From: an uncultured virus (IMG/VR IMGVR_UViG_3300023180_000040)
Lineage: Duplodnaviria; Heunggongvirae; Uroviricota; Caudoviricetes
Direction: 5' to 3' (one strand)
Virus record (IMG/VR): IMGVR_UViG_3300023180_000040
Coordinates: 1-64,000 of that record
Length of the DNA stretch: 64,000 bases
A program made the translations under genes and the position numbers. The first letter of the stretch is position 1. The number at the start of each line of letters is the position of its first letter. This document shows positions 28,104-38,267 of this stretch, piece after piece. Under the pieces are notes generated by a model. The model saw only the letters and a list, made by a program, of their open reading frames with translations, was not told where the DNA came from and ran no database searches.

Positions 28104-28238
28104 CGCATAAGCATCCTGTTCCTATTCGCCGGTTTTTGTTCTTGTATTTTTATCCCTTTATTACAAACTTTTCCTTATTCTAATATAAGAAAGGTTTAAA
28201 CTCTTTTTATGCGCGTAAAAAGAAAGGAATTATTTAAA

Positions 28239-28811
28239 ATGAATGAATCAGCAAAAATGGGTGAGGCTAGCGTAATTGGCGCTAATTATGAGACTCACCA
28301 ACCTGTTCAATGGAAAGCCCGTTGGAAGGTCGAAAAGTATCATGGCAACGATTTATCTGAGCCTTATGAAGTTGTTGAAAAAGAGGGCAATCTTCTTATG
28401 AATGGTGGGGCTTCTTGCATTTGGCAAACTCTTATTGGAAATGGCGATGCATCAAGTGGTCAAAATCTAACTTACTTTGACAATACTAATGCTCACATTG
28501 GAGTAGGAAATGGTACAATTGCCGCTGCTGCTACTCAAAATGATTTACAAGCGTCAGCCGGAACTGCTAATCAAATTCGTGTAGGAATGGATGCAACATA
28601 TCCACAACACTCAGACGGAACTGGTGCAGGAGCCGGTACGATTACTTTCCGTTCTACGTTTGGAACCGCAGATGCAAACTTCACTTGGTATGAGTGGGGT
28701 GTATTTAATGGCTCATCTGGTGGAAGAATGCTCAATCGCAAGCAAGAAGATCTTGGTTCAAAAACTTCTGCTTCAACATGGACATTTTCTGTATCACTTT
28801 CATTGGCTTAA
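28239..28811 (+). CDS. Virion structural protein, paralog of 23769-24320
   Basis: Same motif series; GAAAGGA RBS. Confidence 0.65.
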   Translation: MNESAKMGEASVIGANYETHQPVQWKARWKVEKYHGNDLSEPYEVVEKEGNLLMNGGASCIWQTLIGNGDASSGQNLTYFDNTNAHIGVGNGTIAAAATQNDLQASAGTANQIRVGMDATYPQHSDGTGAGAGTITFRSTFGTADANFTWYEWGVFNGSSGGRMLNRKQEDLGSKTSASTWTFSVSLSLA

Positions 28812-28839
28812 GTCAAACTAAATAAATTTAATATCAGTT

Positions 28840-28866
28840 ACCCGCTACGGCGGGTTTCTGTGTTTT
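28840..28866 (+). terminator. Intrinsic terminator
   Basis: ACCCGC-TACG-GCGGGT then TTCTGTGTTTT. Confidence 0.6.
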
Positions 28867-28903
28867 CCGACAATTTAATTAATAGGAATTCCAAGGAGAA
28901 AAA

Positions 28904-29782
28904 ATGGCATATAGTAGAACTACATGGGAAGATTCACCAAGCACAAATACTCCCATTTCATCGGCCAATCTTAATAATATAGAAGAAGGCATTCTTGATG
29001 TTGAAAGCGAATTAAATTATGTAGCAGGGACAGTTACAACAGTATCTAATTCAGTTACTGCTATTGCTGGAAGCGTAACTAACGCTCAAGGGTCTGTAAC
29101 TGCAACTCAAGGGTCTGTAACTGCAACTCAAGGGTCTGTAATTACTCATAACGCTGCTACAACATCCGTTCATGGGATTACAGACACAAGCAACTTAGTC
29201 TACACTGATAATGCCACGCTTGGCTCAGTTTCTTCAATTGCAGGTTCAGTTTCAAACTTATCTACTGATGAAAGATTTAATCCAACAGGAGCAGTTTTGT
29301 CTTTTGCGGGTACAGTTGCCCCATCTGGTTATTTATTATGTGATGGAACAAGTTATGGAACGGCAGATTATCCCGGGCTTTTTGGTGTAATTGGATATAC
29401 TTATAGTGGTACTGCTAGTGGTACTGCCTTTAATGTCCCAGATCTTTCAACTAGGATGCCAATTGGCACAGGAAATGGAAGAACAGAAGGTGATTCAGGT
29501 GGAACAGAAAATGTTACCTTATCAACTAGTCAACTTCCCTCCCACAGCCACCCAATTACCGATCCCGGTCATGGTCATACAATGACTATAAATTATACAA
29601 CTAGTAACAGTCCCGGTGGCGCGACTTCTCTCCAAGGTGCTGGTCAATCACCAAATAGTAGTTTTCCCGGTCAAGTAGTTGATAGTAATACAACTGGTAT
29701 ATCTGTTGGAAATACTGGTGGGAACTCACCGCATACAAATATGCAGCCCTATCTTGTAATGAATTACATTATTAAAACTTAA
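28904..29782 (+). CDS. Tail-collar domain protein, paralog of 4415-5011
   Basis: 'ISSANLNNIEEGI', 'PTGAVLSFAGTVAPSGYLLCDG', 'HTNMQPYLVMNYIIKT'. Confidence 0.85.
   Translation: MAYSRTTWEDSPSTNTPISSANLNNIEEGILDVESELNYVAGTVTTVSNSVTAIAGSVTNAQGSVTATQGSVTATQGSVITHNAATTSVHGITDTSNLVYTDNATLGSVSSIAGSVSNLSTDERFNPTGAVLSFAGTVAPSGYLLCDGTSYGTADYPGLFGVIGYTYSGTASGTAFNVPDLSTRMPIGTGNGRTEGDSGGTENVTLSTSQLPSHSHPITDPGHGHTMTINYTTSNSPGGATSLQGAGQSPNSSFPGQVVDSNTTGISVGNTGGNSPHTNMQPYLVMNYIIKT
29085..29141 (+). repeat. 21-bp tandem repeat CTCAAGGGTCTGTAACTGCAA, ~2.7 copies (heptad QGSVTAT)
   Basis: Read directly. Confidence 0.85.
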
Positions 29783-29792
29783 TTAAATAAAC

Positions 29793-31208
29793 ATGACTAC
29801 TAATTTTACATTTATTGATGATGTAATTACTATTCCATATAAAACAGTTACATCTTCAGATTCTGCTGTATTAATAGATAATGTTTCATCAATCTTTTTA
29901 GATTCTGTTGTTGATTCTTTATCTTTAACAGATATTTTACTTACACTTTCTGTTTCAGTTGCAAACATAGATAGTGTAACTTTTAATGAATTCATTGATA
30001 TAAGACTATCTTCTAGCGATAGTTTATCGTTGTCAGATTCAAACGGTGGCTTGTTTCTTACAAATCAAGATAGCATAGCCCTTTCTGAATCTATTGCAGC
30101 ATCATTGAGTTCTAGTGATAGTTCTCTATTAGTAGAAATAACTCAAATATTATTAGACAATATACAAGATTTTTCTACATTATCTGAGTTTGTCAACACA
30201 ATAGATCTAAATGCTCTTGACTCAGGAATTGAATCTGAAAACGTTCAAGTCTTTACAGATCTAGTAGCCTCTGATTCAGATGGTTTTCTACTAGAATCAA
30301 GCAATTTTGTTGCAGCAGAAGCGCCCGGAACTGATAATATTTCTACAACGGATATTCCTTTAATATCTGCTGAATTGTCATCTGATGACCTTTCAAATCT
30401 TTTTGAAGATACTTCTAACATCGGGTTTAGATCGCAAGATCAGTCAAATCTTGCAGAGTTTGTTGAAATAGCCCCTGAAATCAGCGACGATGCACAACTT
30501 TCAGAATCTACTTTGTCAAATGTAAATGCTGAAAGTTCAGATTCTTCATCTTTAATAGAAACACCTAATATATCTAATGATATTGGAAGTTCAGATACCT
30601 CGTCAGCATCAGATCAATTTGATTCATTAGAAGCCGATGCTATTGGGTTGGAGCAAATTCAACTATCTGAAAATGTATCAATTGAAGTTTATGTAATTGA
30701 AAATATTACACTATTTGAAGCAGTTTCTAATTCTTTATCATCTTTAGATGAATCAAATCTTACAGACACTCCAATAATTGGAGCGATTGCTTCTGATATC
30801 AGCACATTGCAAGATTTTGTCGGAGTCGAAGTATCCGCATCAACAGATGATGTTGGACAATTGACAGAAATTAATAATGGATTGTTATTAAACGTTAAAG
30901 AAACAGCAACATTAATAGAAATCCCATATTATGATGCAAATTATTCAAGATTAGACTATTTTTTCTTAATATCTGAAATTGCTCGGGCAACAATTCTTAA
31001 AGAAGATTTTGATATTTTTGTAGTCACTGATTTTAATATAAGTATAAGCCCAAACACTATCCAATTGATTACATTTAAAGAAAAAACTGCAATTGGAACA
31101 GCCGCTCCTATTGTATTAAATGTTAATGACACTCCAACTGTTCATGGCAGCGTAACGGGTGATATAATTGATATATCTGTTGGTGGTACGGAACCTGTAT
31201 TGTTGTAG
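29793..31208 (+). CDS. Ser/Asp-rich repetitive virion protein
   Basis: Recurrent 'SSDS.SLSE'-like units, almost no basic residues. Confidence 0.6.
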   Translation: MTTNFTFIDDVITIPYKTVTSSDSAVLIDNVSSIFLDSVVDSLSLTDILLTLSVSVANIDSVTFNEFIDIRLSSSDSLSLSDSNGGLFLTNQDSIALSESIAASLSSSDSSLLVEITQILLDNIQDFSTLSEFVNTIDLNALDSGIESENVQVFTDLVASDSDGFLLESSNFVAAEAPGTDNISTTDIPLISAELSSDDLSNLFEDTSNIGFRSQDQSNLAEFVEIAPEISDDAQLSESTLSNVNAESSDSSSLIETPNISNDIGSSDTSSASDQFDSLEADAIGLEQIQLSENVSIEVYVIENITLFEAVSNSLSSLDESNLTDTPIIGAIASDISTLQDFVGVEVSASTDDVGQLTEINNGLLLNVKETATLIEIPYYDANYSRLDYFFLISEIARATILKEDFDIFVVTDFNISISPNTIQLITFKEKTAIGTAAPIVLNVNDTPTVHGSVTGDIIDISVGGTEPVLL

Positions 31209-31251
31209 TTTCCTGATAATAAAGGGTAGATCTTCATAACAAGGAGTTAAA

Positions 31252-34200
31252 GTGTCTGATTTCGCGTTTAAAATGTCCAAGAAAGATAGAAAATTAGCAA
31301 TGGGTGAAAAAGTAAGTCCAGCCGATGAAAATTATGATCCAGAGGGAGAGGAATGGCCCGACCCCCTAAGTGAGCCAGATAGTTTTGTTCAGCAACTTTT
31401 ACAGAATGTAAACTCTCTTCGTAGAAAAGAAGAGTTTAAGACTGAAGATGTTGATGAATTTGAGGGCTATCTTATGGACTTCTTAACTACTTGTTCAGAC
31501 CCAGAATTGGGAGAAGAAGATCTACCCGGAACTGGTTTTATTATTGAAGTGATGAATACGCAAGATAAAAATTATAACGGAATTAGTTCTGTTTCTAATT
31601 ATCAAAAAGAGTCTGCTCTACCCCTAGCGGCTGCTGCCGCCGTATTTGGCCCACAATTGGTTAAATCTGGTTTGCCCAAAATTATGCCATATGTAAAAAA
31701 GGGTCTTTCAGCAGTAGGTCTTAGTAATGCTCTTCGTAACGTTCCAATTGTTGGTAATTTGTTTGGTGGTGGTGGACAAGAGGAAGCCGTTCAACCAATT
31801 CAAATGATGAATACAACAGCCCCGGGTATGGCTCCACAAGCATCAGTAAGCCGTTCTGATATGCCATTTGATCACATCTCAGATAATTTAATGTTTGAAG
31901 CCGCTTCAGGAATTAAGAAGAAGGATTCAGATATTGAATCATTAAGAGCGCAAGTTAATTCTGCGTTAACTCAATGGGCAAAATCTGGTGAAGTTACAGA
32001 GAACCGCGCTGTCTGGTGGGCACTTTATAGTTATGCTCACGAAGCGGAAACAATTGCTGAACTTTCTTCTATTTTAACTGCTGTTCCAGAACAATATCAC
32101 AATTCTGTTTTGAATACCCCTGTTGGGTTAGAGGAAGAGGCTCCCCCAGAAGGAAATACTGGATTGCCAGAACCATCATCTCCCACAGATGCTATGTCTC
32201 CAACAAATACAAATATGAGTCCTATTCCGATTGATGGAGTAGGAACGCCACCTAAGATGCCTCAAAACCAACAAACTCTTATTCCCGGAGCAGTAGCGGC
32301 ATCTCACGATTCTCTTAGAGTAAAGCCAGTTTTTGCTTCTCTTGATGAATCAAAATTTGATGGTTATGTAGAAGAAGACCGTCCAGTTCTCGCAAGAGTA
32401 GCGGCTTTTATGGAAGCGGGAACTCACGAAAGCGATATTATTAATACTCTTTATCCATCATATGGGCACGAATATACTATTTGGGCGCTTGAACAGGTAA
32501 AGAGAGTAGCCAGCAATGATCCGCTAGTAGATCCTTCAATTGTTAATATGGGAATTGAATGGAAAGAAGCAGGGAATGACCCGCATGATTTACCAGAAGG
32601 TATGCATCAGATGGATATCATGGAAGTGCTTGAAGATGTTGAAAAAGAGAAAAAAGAAAAAGCAAAGAAAGAAAGAACTAATAACAAATTCCCCTCAAAA
32701 GGAGAAAATGTAGGAGCAAATTCTGAAGAAAAGATTAATCAGCAAGAAACTTCTGGAATGATTACTCCGCAACAAGAAAAAGTTGCTGCTGCTGATTATC
32801 TTCTTATGAATCAAGAATTGCAACATGATGAAGATGCATTGCAATTAATGCCTCAAGCGTATTTAGAAAAAAAATTGTTCTATCCTTACCATTTTCTTGC
32901 ACAAGAAGTCGTAAATACTGGAGATTCAAGAAAGGCTATGGCCGATCTAGAAAATATTGAAGCATTTATTGAAGATTATGCTGAAAACTATCTTGAAACT
33001 GCAATAAATAATGTTTATTCAGATGAAGTAGTTGAAGAATCTATCGAACAAAGTGGAAGAGATATAGACCCTATGGAAGCAAAAGAGTTAGTTGAAGAAG
33101 TTTTTGTGTTAGCCATTAGAAGTCTTCAGGCACAAAATGAAAGAATAAAACAAGGACTTCAAATGCTTGCTGAAGTTATGCCTCCAGAGATAATGGGTAA
33201 TACAGACGCTATGATGCAACAGTTAGACTCATTAGGCATGGGTGTAGAAGAGTTTAATGCTGGAATAAAAGCAATAATTGATGAAATTCAAGGAGTTTCT
33301 GGAATGTTTAAAGACAACATTGGTCCAGAAATTGGTTTTCTTCCTGAAGATATCGAAAAGTCAGAAAGACTGCAAGAAGAGCAAGGTGTTTTTGCAGATC
33401 CCAGAACAATTATTAAAGACCCAGAAGATTTTCAAATGGATGAAAGAGACAGAAGAGCGTTAGGGCAGTTTGGAATAGATTTACCAAGAGAATCTAAAAA
33501 AAAAGAATCTGATTTCACATCATTACCCAACAATACGTTAGCACAAACTCCATCTCCTTACGATCAATCGTATAATCAGACAATGGGGATTGCTCAACAA
33601 ACATCTCAAATGGGCGATGCTGTTATGACACAGCAAGCCTATCAAGCAGGTTCTGATGCGACTCCAGATCCCGGCGTTCTTGGGCAACTTCAACAGCAAC
33701 AAGAAGAAGAGGCGCAATTGCAAGAAATGTATCCAAACGTGCCAACTGATATGACAAGACAGTGGTTGCAAAGACAACAACAGCAACAACAGTCATCGGG
33801 GCACCCAATGCAAACTGCTGAACAACAGTCTTCTGCCGGTCAAACAGCCACTAACGCTGGTCAAGGGCTTTCTTCAGCAACAACTTCAAAAGTTGCTGCA
33901 TGGAAAGACGTAAGAGGAAATGTTTTAGTTAAAGATAAATTGTATAAGATGACTTCATCTGATTATGAAATTCCTGACTATGTTAGAATAGTAAACAATG
34001 GAACTCGTTTGGATCTATATATCCCAAGAGGCGACTTAGATGTAAGTCTTAGTGAATCAGAAATAAGGCAATCAAATTATAGTTTTGAGCCAATTGAAAA
34101 AGATTCTCAAAAAACTTCTTTCCTATCTGAGTCCACCTTAAGTACAAACGAGCAAAGGGCGCTTATTGAAGAACAAGGTATTGCTCGCAATATGGATCGC

Positions 34201-34320
34201 TTAAATTTAGAAGGTACGCATTATCCAACATTGATGCAAACAAGCAAAAATGATAAAATAGATCTAGAAGAAATTCCTCTAAAAGATTTTTTTATAGAAG
34301 ATTTTGATTTATTTATCTAA
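31252..34320 (+). CDS. Large acidic modular protein, putative internal head protein
   Basis: 1022 aa; many [KR]x[AS] boundaries; C-terminal 'EQRALIEEQGIARNMDRLNLEGTHY'; AAGGAG RBS. Confidence 0.7.
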   Translation: MSDFAFKMSKKDRKLAMGEKVSPADENYDPEGEEWPDPLSEPDSFVQQLLQNVNSLRRKEEFKTEDVDEFEGYLMDFLTTCSDPELGEEDLPGTGFIIEVMNTQDKNYNGISSVSNYQKESALPLAAAAAVFGPQLVKSGLPKIMPYVKKGLSAVGLSNALRNVPIVGNLFGGGGQEEAVQPIQMMNTTAPGMAPQASVSRSDMPFDHISDNLMFEAASGIKKKDSDIESLRAQVNSALTQWAKSGEVTENRAVWWALYSYAHEAETIAELSSILTAVPEQYHNSVLNTPVGLEEEAPPEGNTGLPEPSSPTDAMSPTNTNMSPIPIDGVGTPPKMPQNQQTLIPGAVAASHDSLRVKPVFASLDESKFDGYVEEDRPVLARVAAFMEAGTHESDIINTLYPSYGHEYTIWALEQVKRVASNDPLVDPSIVNMGIEWKEAGNDPHDLPEGMHQMDIMEVLEDVEKEKKEKAKKERTNNKFPSKGENVGANSEEKINQQETSGMITPQQEKVAAADYLLMNQELQHDEDALQLMPQAYLEKKLFYPYHFLAQEVVNTGDSRKAMADLENIEAFIEDYAENYLETAINNVYSDEVVEESIEQSGRDIDPMEAKELVEEVFVLAIRSLQAQNERIKQGLQMLAEVMPPEIMGNTDAMMQQLDSLGMGVEEFNAGIKAIIDEIQGVSGMFKDNIGPEIGFLPEDIEKSERLQEEQGVFADPRTIIKDPEDFQMDERDRRALGQFGIDLPRESKKKESDFTSLPNNTLAQTPSPYDQSYNQTMGIAQQTSQMGDAVMTQQAYQAGSDATPDPGVLGQLQQQQEEEAQLQEMYPNVPTDMTRQWLQRQQQQQQSSGHPMQTAEQQSSAGQTATNAGQGLSSATTSKVAAWKDVRGNVLVKDKLYKMTSSDYEIPDYVRIVNNGTRLDLYIPRGDLDVSLSESEIRQSNYSFEPIEKDSQKTSFLSESTLSTNEQRALIEEQGIARNMDRLNLEGTHYPTLMQTSKNDKIDLEEIPLKDFFIEDFDLFI

Positions 34321-34328
34321 GGATTTTT

Positions 34329-34616
34329 ATGTCTGAAGAAGACCATAATGAAGATTGTGGTATTAAAAAATTTTCTCCATCAAAAGGAGATGTTTTATTA
34401 GAACTCAAAGGTCAAAAAACACAAGAGTTTGGTAAAACATTTGTGTGGAGAATGATTGCAACCGACTCTAATTTAAAAAAAATTTGGCCTAACGATGAAA
34501 CAGAAAAGTGTTCTCATGACGATGTTCTTTGGGCTATAGATTCTAAAAATAGATTTATTTCTTTATGCGAAGAGTGTGGAGAATTTGCATTCGGACATAA
34601 AACGGAGGAAAAATAA
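34329..34616 (+). CDS. Hypothetical protein with a CxH...CxxC motif
   Basis: 'KCSH...LCEECG'. Confidence 0.55.
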   Translation: MSEEDHNEDCGIKKFSPSKGDVLLELKGQKTQEFGKTFVWRMIATDSNLKKIWPNDETEKCSHDDVLWAIDSKNRFISLCEECGEFAFGHKTEEK

Positions 34617-34617
34617 A

Positions 34618-34728
34618 ATGAACGATCAAAACAGTATTGTTTGCTCCAAGTGTAATGAATTAAATCCAATGTACTGTGGCAATACAGACTGTCCATTTGA
34701 AGACCTTTTTTGGGAAGAAGATGAGTGA
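34618..34728 (+). CDS. 36-aa Cys4 micro-protein (MNDQNSIVCSKCNELNPMYCGNTDCPF...)
   Basis: GGAGG RBS; fills the gap; CxxC...CxxxxC. Confidence 0.5.
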   Translation: MNDQNSIVCSKCNELNPMYCGNTDCPFEDLFWEEDE

Positions 34729-35098
34729 AATAATAGAACAAAAAACTTTATTTGAAATTTCAAAAAAAACTCTCACTACGTTAGAAAACTTGTTGAACTC
34801 TAAACAAATAGACCTTCCAGTTAAATTTAATGTGCTTTTAGATATTGCTGTTGGGGCTTTGTTTGAATCTGAAATTATAGAACAAGTAAATTTACTTGAT
34901 GTTGTTGTAGAAGATAAAGATATGATGTATGATATAGTTGAATTTGAACAAGGTGGAAAATATAATTTACATGATATTGTTAGTCAAATTATAACTTTCA
35001 GATTAATTACGCTTATGCAAGAATATTTAAAACATATTAATGTAAAATACGAATCTTATAAAGAGACTGTACTTGAATCAAAAACCGAAAATAATTGA
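34721..35098 (+). CDS. Hypothetical protein
   Basis: ORF coupled to its neighbours. Confidence 0.55.
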   Translation: MSEIIEQKTLFEISKKTLTTLENLLNSKQIDLPVKFNVLLDIAVGALFESEIIEQVNLLDVVVEDKDMMYDIVEFEQGGKYNLHDIVSQIITFRLITLMQEYLKHINVKYESYKETVLESKTENN

Positions 35099-35261
35099 AG
35101 ATTATCCAAATGAAGTAAAAGTCGTTTCTCCAAGAGGAAACGTATATACAGTTGTAGGTATAGGCTACCCCTTGTGCGATCCTTTTTGTGATTGCCGGGG
35201 GTTTCGCTTTAATGGAACTTGTTCTCATGTTAAAAAAATTTTGGAGGAAGATTATGAGTGA
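35073..35261 (+). CDS. Small SWIM zinc-finger protein
   Basis: 'VYTV...CDCRGFRFNGTCSHVK'. Confidence 0.75.
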   Translation: MNQKPKIIEDYPNEVKVVSPRGNVYTVVGIGYPLCDPFCDCRGFRFNGTCSHVKKILEEDYE

Positions 35262-35784
35262 ACAAAATGATATTTACGAAAAAATCAAAGAACTTCAAGA
35301 TAAAAAATCTGAAATTGATAAAGAAATAAAAACATTTAAAAAAGAACTTGAAGAATTGGTAGATTCAGCAAGAGATGCTGAAATTAAAGTTGTTTTTATT
35401 CCAGAGTTTGTAGAAAATACAAATTCATATCTTGAAGGAAGATTTCCTTCATATGAAATTGTAAAAATTAATGAAGACAATAGAACTGCTACAATAAAAG
35501 AGAAAGATGAGTTTGTTCCTAAAAAGATGGAATTTTCAGATGGAGGGCAGGCTTATCGAAGAATATCAAAAGGAAAGGTTAGGGTAGACCTTTGGGAATT
35601 ACAAAAAGGCTATCCAGAAATCTTTTCAGATATTGTAATGATGGTTCCTGAAATAAACGAAGAAAAAATCAATCAAAGATTGGAAGAAAATCCAGAATTT
35701 CTTAATGTGTTAGAAGAAACTATTAAAATGGATAAGCCTTCTGTTTCTTTTGTTGTTTCTAAATCAAGGAAAAAAGAAGACTAA
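35254..35784 (+). CDS. Hypothetical protein with N-terminal coiled coil
   Basis: GGAGG RBS before MSEQND. Confidence 0.6.
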   Translation: MSEQNDIYEKIKELQDKKSEIDKEIKTFKKELEELVDSARDAEIKVVFIPEFVENTNSYLEGRFPSYEIVKINEDNRTATIKEKDEFVPKKMEFSDGGQAYRRISKGKVRVDLWELQKGYPEIFSDIVMMVPEINEEKINQRLEENPEFLNVLEETIKMDKPSVSFVVSKSRKKED

Positions 35785-36260
35785 TGAAGATTTTAATGTT
35801 AGGTGCGCCCGGAAGCGGGAAAAGTAAGATGGCTAAAAAAATAAGTCAAGAAAGAAATTTAAAAATCTTAGATCGGCTTCCTCAAAAATTTGTAAAAAAG
35901 ACTGATCTTGCATTAGGTCAATTTAGTGATTATAGAACAGATTTTATATTCGCTGGAGATGTTCTTCTTAAGGAATATAAATATGAAAAAGAAGATTATA
36001 TAATAACAGCCGGGCCACTATATACATATTGTCATTTTGCATATAAAGCAACTCTTATAGAAGATACAGAGAAAAAATTTGATATTTTATGGCATATGAT
36101 GGCGATGGGTAGAATAGCACTAGACTCTTTGTGGTATGATAAGATATATTATCTGCCTTATAAAAAAGAAGAGGATACTTTTTCTTTCTATATGGACAGA
36201 TGTATTAAGAATGCAATTAAAGAGTTTTATCTTAAGGAGAAGATAATAACAATTGACTAA
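35784..36260 (+). CDS. P-loop NTPase / nucleotide-kinase-like protein
   Basis: 'MKILMLGAPGSGKS'. Confidence 0.7.
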   Translation: MKILMLGAPGSGKSKMAKKISQERNLKILDRLPQKFVKKTDLALGQFSDYRTDFIFAGDVLLKEYKYEKEDYIITAGPLYTYCHFAYKATLIEDTEKKFDILWHMMAMGRIALDSLWYDKIYYLPYKKEEDTFSFYMDRCIKNAIKEFYLKEKIITID

Positions 36261-37029
36261 TATAGTATGGAGAAATATTTCAAACAGTGAATATGAGAAT
36301 CTTTGGGAAAGATTCCCCACTTTAAGAGCGACAGCAAATGTTTGCCCAACTTGTAATGATAATGAAAAGTATGTTTTCGAAGGTGAAGAACATATATGTG
36401 ATTGTGATGTTCAGAGGGGCCTAAGAAGACATTATCTTTATGCAAATATCGGGATCAGATATCATTCTCTTTCTTTTGATGATCTATATGAAGAAAAAGA
36501 TGATCTTAGACTCTTCTTGGAAGAGTACATAGAAAACTTTGATTCTAATGCAAGATATGGCCGTGGTGTAACTTTTTATGGACCACTAGGAACAGGCAAA
36601 ACGTTTGCTCAAATACTTATACTCAAGTCTCTTATCAAAGAAGGTTATAAGGCTTGGTTTGATTCCTTTACAAACGTTGTTACCCAATACTCTGAAGTGG
36701 ATAGTAAGAAGTATTTAATGAACAACGTTCGTTCTGCTGAAATTTTTGCACTTGATGAGGTTATTGAACCTATGTCTTCTCGTCAGCACGAATATTTTTC
36801 TGAAGTATACGAAAGTGTGATAAGATACAGAGTAGAAAACTCTTTGCCAACGCTTATTGGCACGAACTTGGATACAGAACAGCATGAAAAATGGTATCCT
36901 AGAGTATGGAGTCTACTGAATATGGTTCAGATTCCGATACAAGTTTCTGGTTCAGATGTTAGAGCATCACAAGCAAAAGATATAGTTGATATGTTAATTA
37001 CAAACAAAGAGGTAAGGCCCATTCGATGA
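36253..37029 (+). CDS. DnaC/IstB-like helicase loader
   Basis: CxxC...CxC, 'GPLGTGKT', 'FALDEV', 'TLIGTN'; upstream of the helicase. Confidence 0.85.
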   Translation: MTNIVWRNISNSEYENLWERFPTLRATANVCPTCNDNEKYVFEGEEHICDCDVQRGLRRHYLYANIGIRYHSLSFDDLYEEKDDLRLFLEEYIENFDSNARYGRGVTFYGPLGTGKTFAQILILKSLIKEGYKAWFDSFTNVVTQYSEVDSKKYLMNNVRSAEIFALDEVIEPMSSRQHEYFSEVYESVIRYRVENSLPTLIGTNLDTEQHEKWYPRVWSLLNMVQIPIQVSGSDVRASQAKDIVDMLITNKEVRPIR

Positions 37030-38267
37030 GTGATAGAATTGATCTTGATAACGAACTTGTTCAACAAATTCTAGTTCCAGAAAACCTTATTGAACTTAAG
37101 AATGCTGGTGTTGGTCCTCATATGGTTAGAGATACCAACCTGAAACCATTTGTACAATTCATCTTTAACTATCTAACAGAGTATGGAACTCCACCTAATG
37201 AAAAGGTTATTGATTACGAGTTTGAGAATATCCAAAAGACAGGCCCAAGCGTAGAGCCTGCTTTTCTTGCGGATAAACTTAAGGAGAGGTTTATCCGTTC
37301 TCGTCATAAGTCTATTCTTAATGACTTGGCAGACGCTAGAGAGCCAGAGCATTTTGTTGAAACTCTAATCTCTAATGCTCACAATATGTGGTCACAAGTA
37401 AGCAGTAAGAAGCATATTCTTTCTTCTGAAGACTATAAAGAGGTTATTGAAGAGTTTAAGCAGTCTGCTGAAAATAGCGAGCAAGGCGCTACATATGGAT
37501 TCCCGGATGTTGATGAGCATACAGGTGGCGCAGGCCCGGGCCATCTAACATTCTTTGTGGCTCGTCCTAAAAGATTTAAGTCTTGGTTTTTACTAAATGC
37601 TTTTGTTGAACAGAGAAGACAAGGGCTTGTGCCGATCTTATTTACTCTAGAACTCACTGAAAAAGATATGTATAAGCGTTTGATGTGCATGGTAAGTGGA
37701 GTAAGTTATAGCAGGATGGTAAAGAATTCATTGATGCCTTCAGAATGGAAAAAGATTGAAACAGCAATGGAAGAGTTCAATGCTCTTGGTCCCGCTTATA
37801 TTGTTCACCCCGGATTTGAAGAGCGTAAGGTTTCGAATTTTGTTCTTGAATCAACTAAGGTAGATGCCGATGTTGTTCTAGTTGATCAACTTTCTTTTGT
37901 CCATCCAGAAAATAACTCTGGCAGAACAGACGAGAATACCAAGTCAATTGTTCATGCAATGAAGGTTGCTGCTACAAAACAAGAAATTCCATATATTTGT
38001 GTTTGTCAGTTTAATCGTGAAGCCGCTCAAGTAGAAGATCTTGCTGGCGCAGATAAGATCGGTTTGTCTCGTTCAATTGAAGAAACAGCAGATCTTCTTA
38101 TTGCTCTTCATAGAAATGAGGACGAAGCAGATTTGAATATGGTAAGAATGAGAATCCTTGAAGGAAGATACTGTAAAAGTAACGCTATGTGGGGTATAAA
38201 GATAAACTTGCAAAACAAAACAGAATTTACATTCAATGGCCCGGTTGTTTCAAGAGCATCGGAATAA
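37026..38267 (+). CDS. dnaB: DnaB-like replicative helicase
   Basis: 'FTLEL', 'VLVDQL', 'QFNRE', 'SIEETADLLIAL'; variant Walker A ARPKRFKS. Confidence 0.85.
   Translation: MSDRIDLDNELVQQILVPENLIELKNAGVGPHMVRDTNLKPFVQFIFNYLTEYGTPPNEKVIDYEFENIQKTGPSVEPAFLADKLKERFIRSRHKSILNDLADAREPEHFVETLISNAHNMWSQVSSKKHILSSEDYKEVIEEFKQSAENSEQGATYGFPDVDEHTGGAGPGHLTFFVARPKRFKSWFLLNAFVEQRRQGLVPILFTLELTEKDMYKRLMCMVSGVSYSRMVKNSLMPSEWKKIETAMEEFNALGPAYIVHPGFEERKVSNFVLESTKVDADVVLVDQLSFVHPENNSGRTDENTKSIVHAMKVAATKQEIPYICVCQFNREAAQVEDLAGADKIGLSRSIEETADLLIALHRNEDEADLNMVRMRILEGRYCKSNAMWGIKINLQNKTEFTFNGPVVSRASE

Noticed and set aside
29085..29141. 21-bp tandem repeat as a CRISPR array or iteron
   Set aside because: No spacers; in frame, encoding a coiled-coil heptad.
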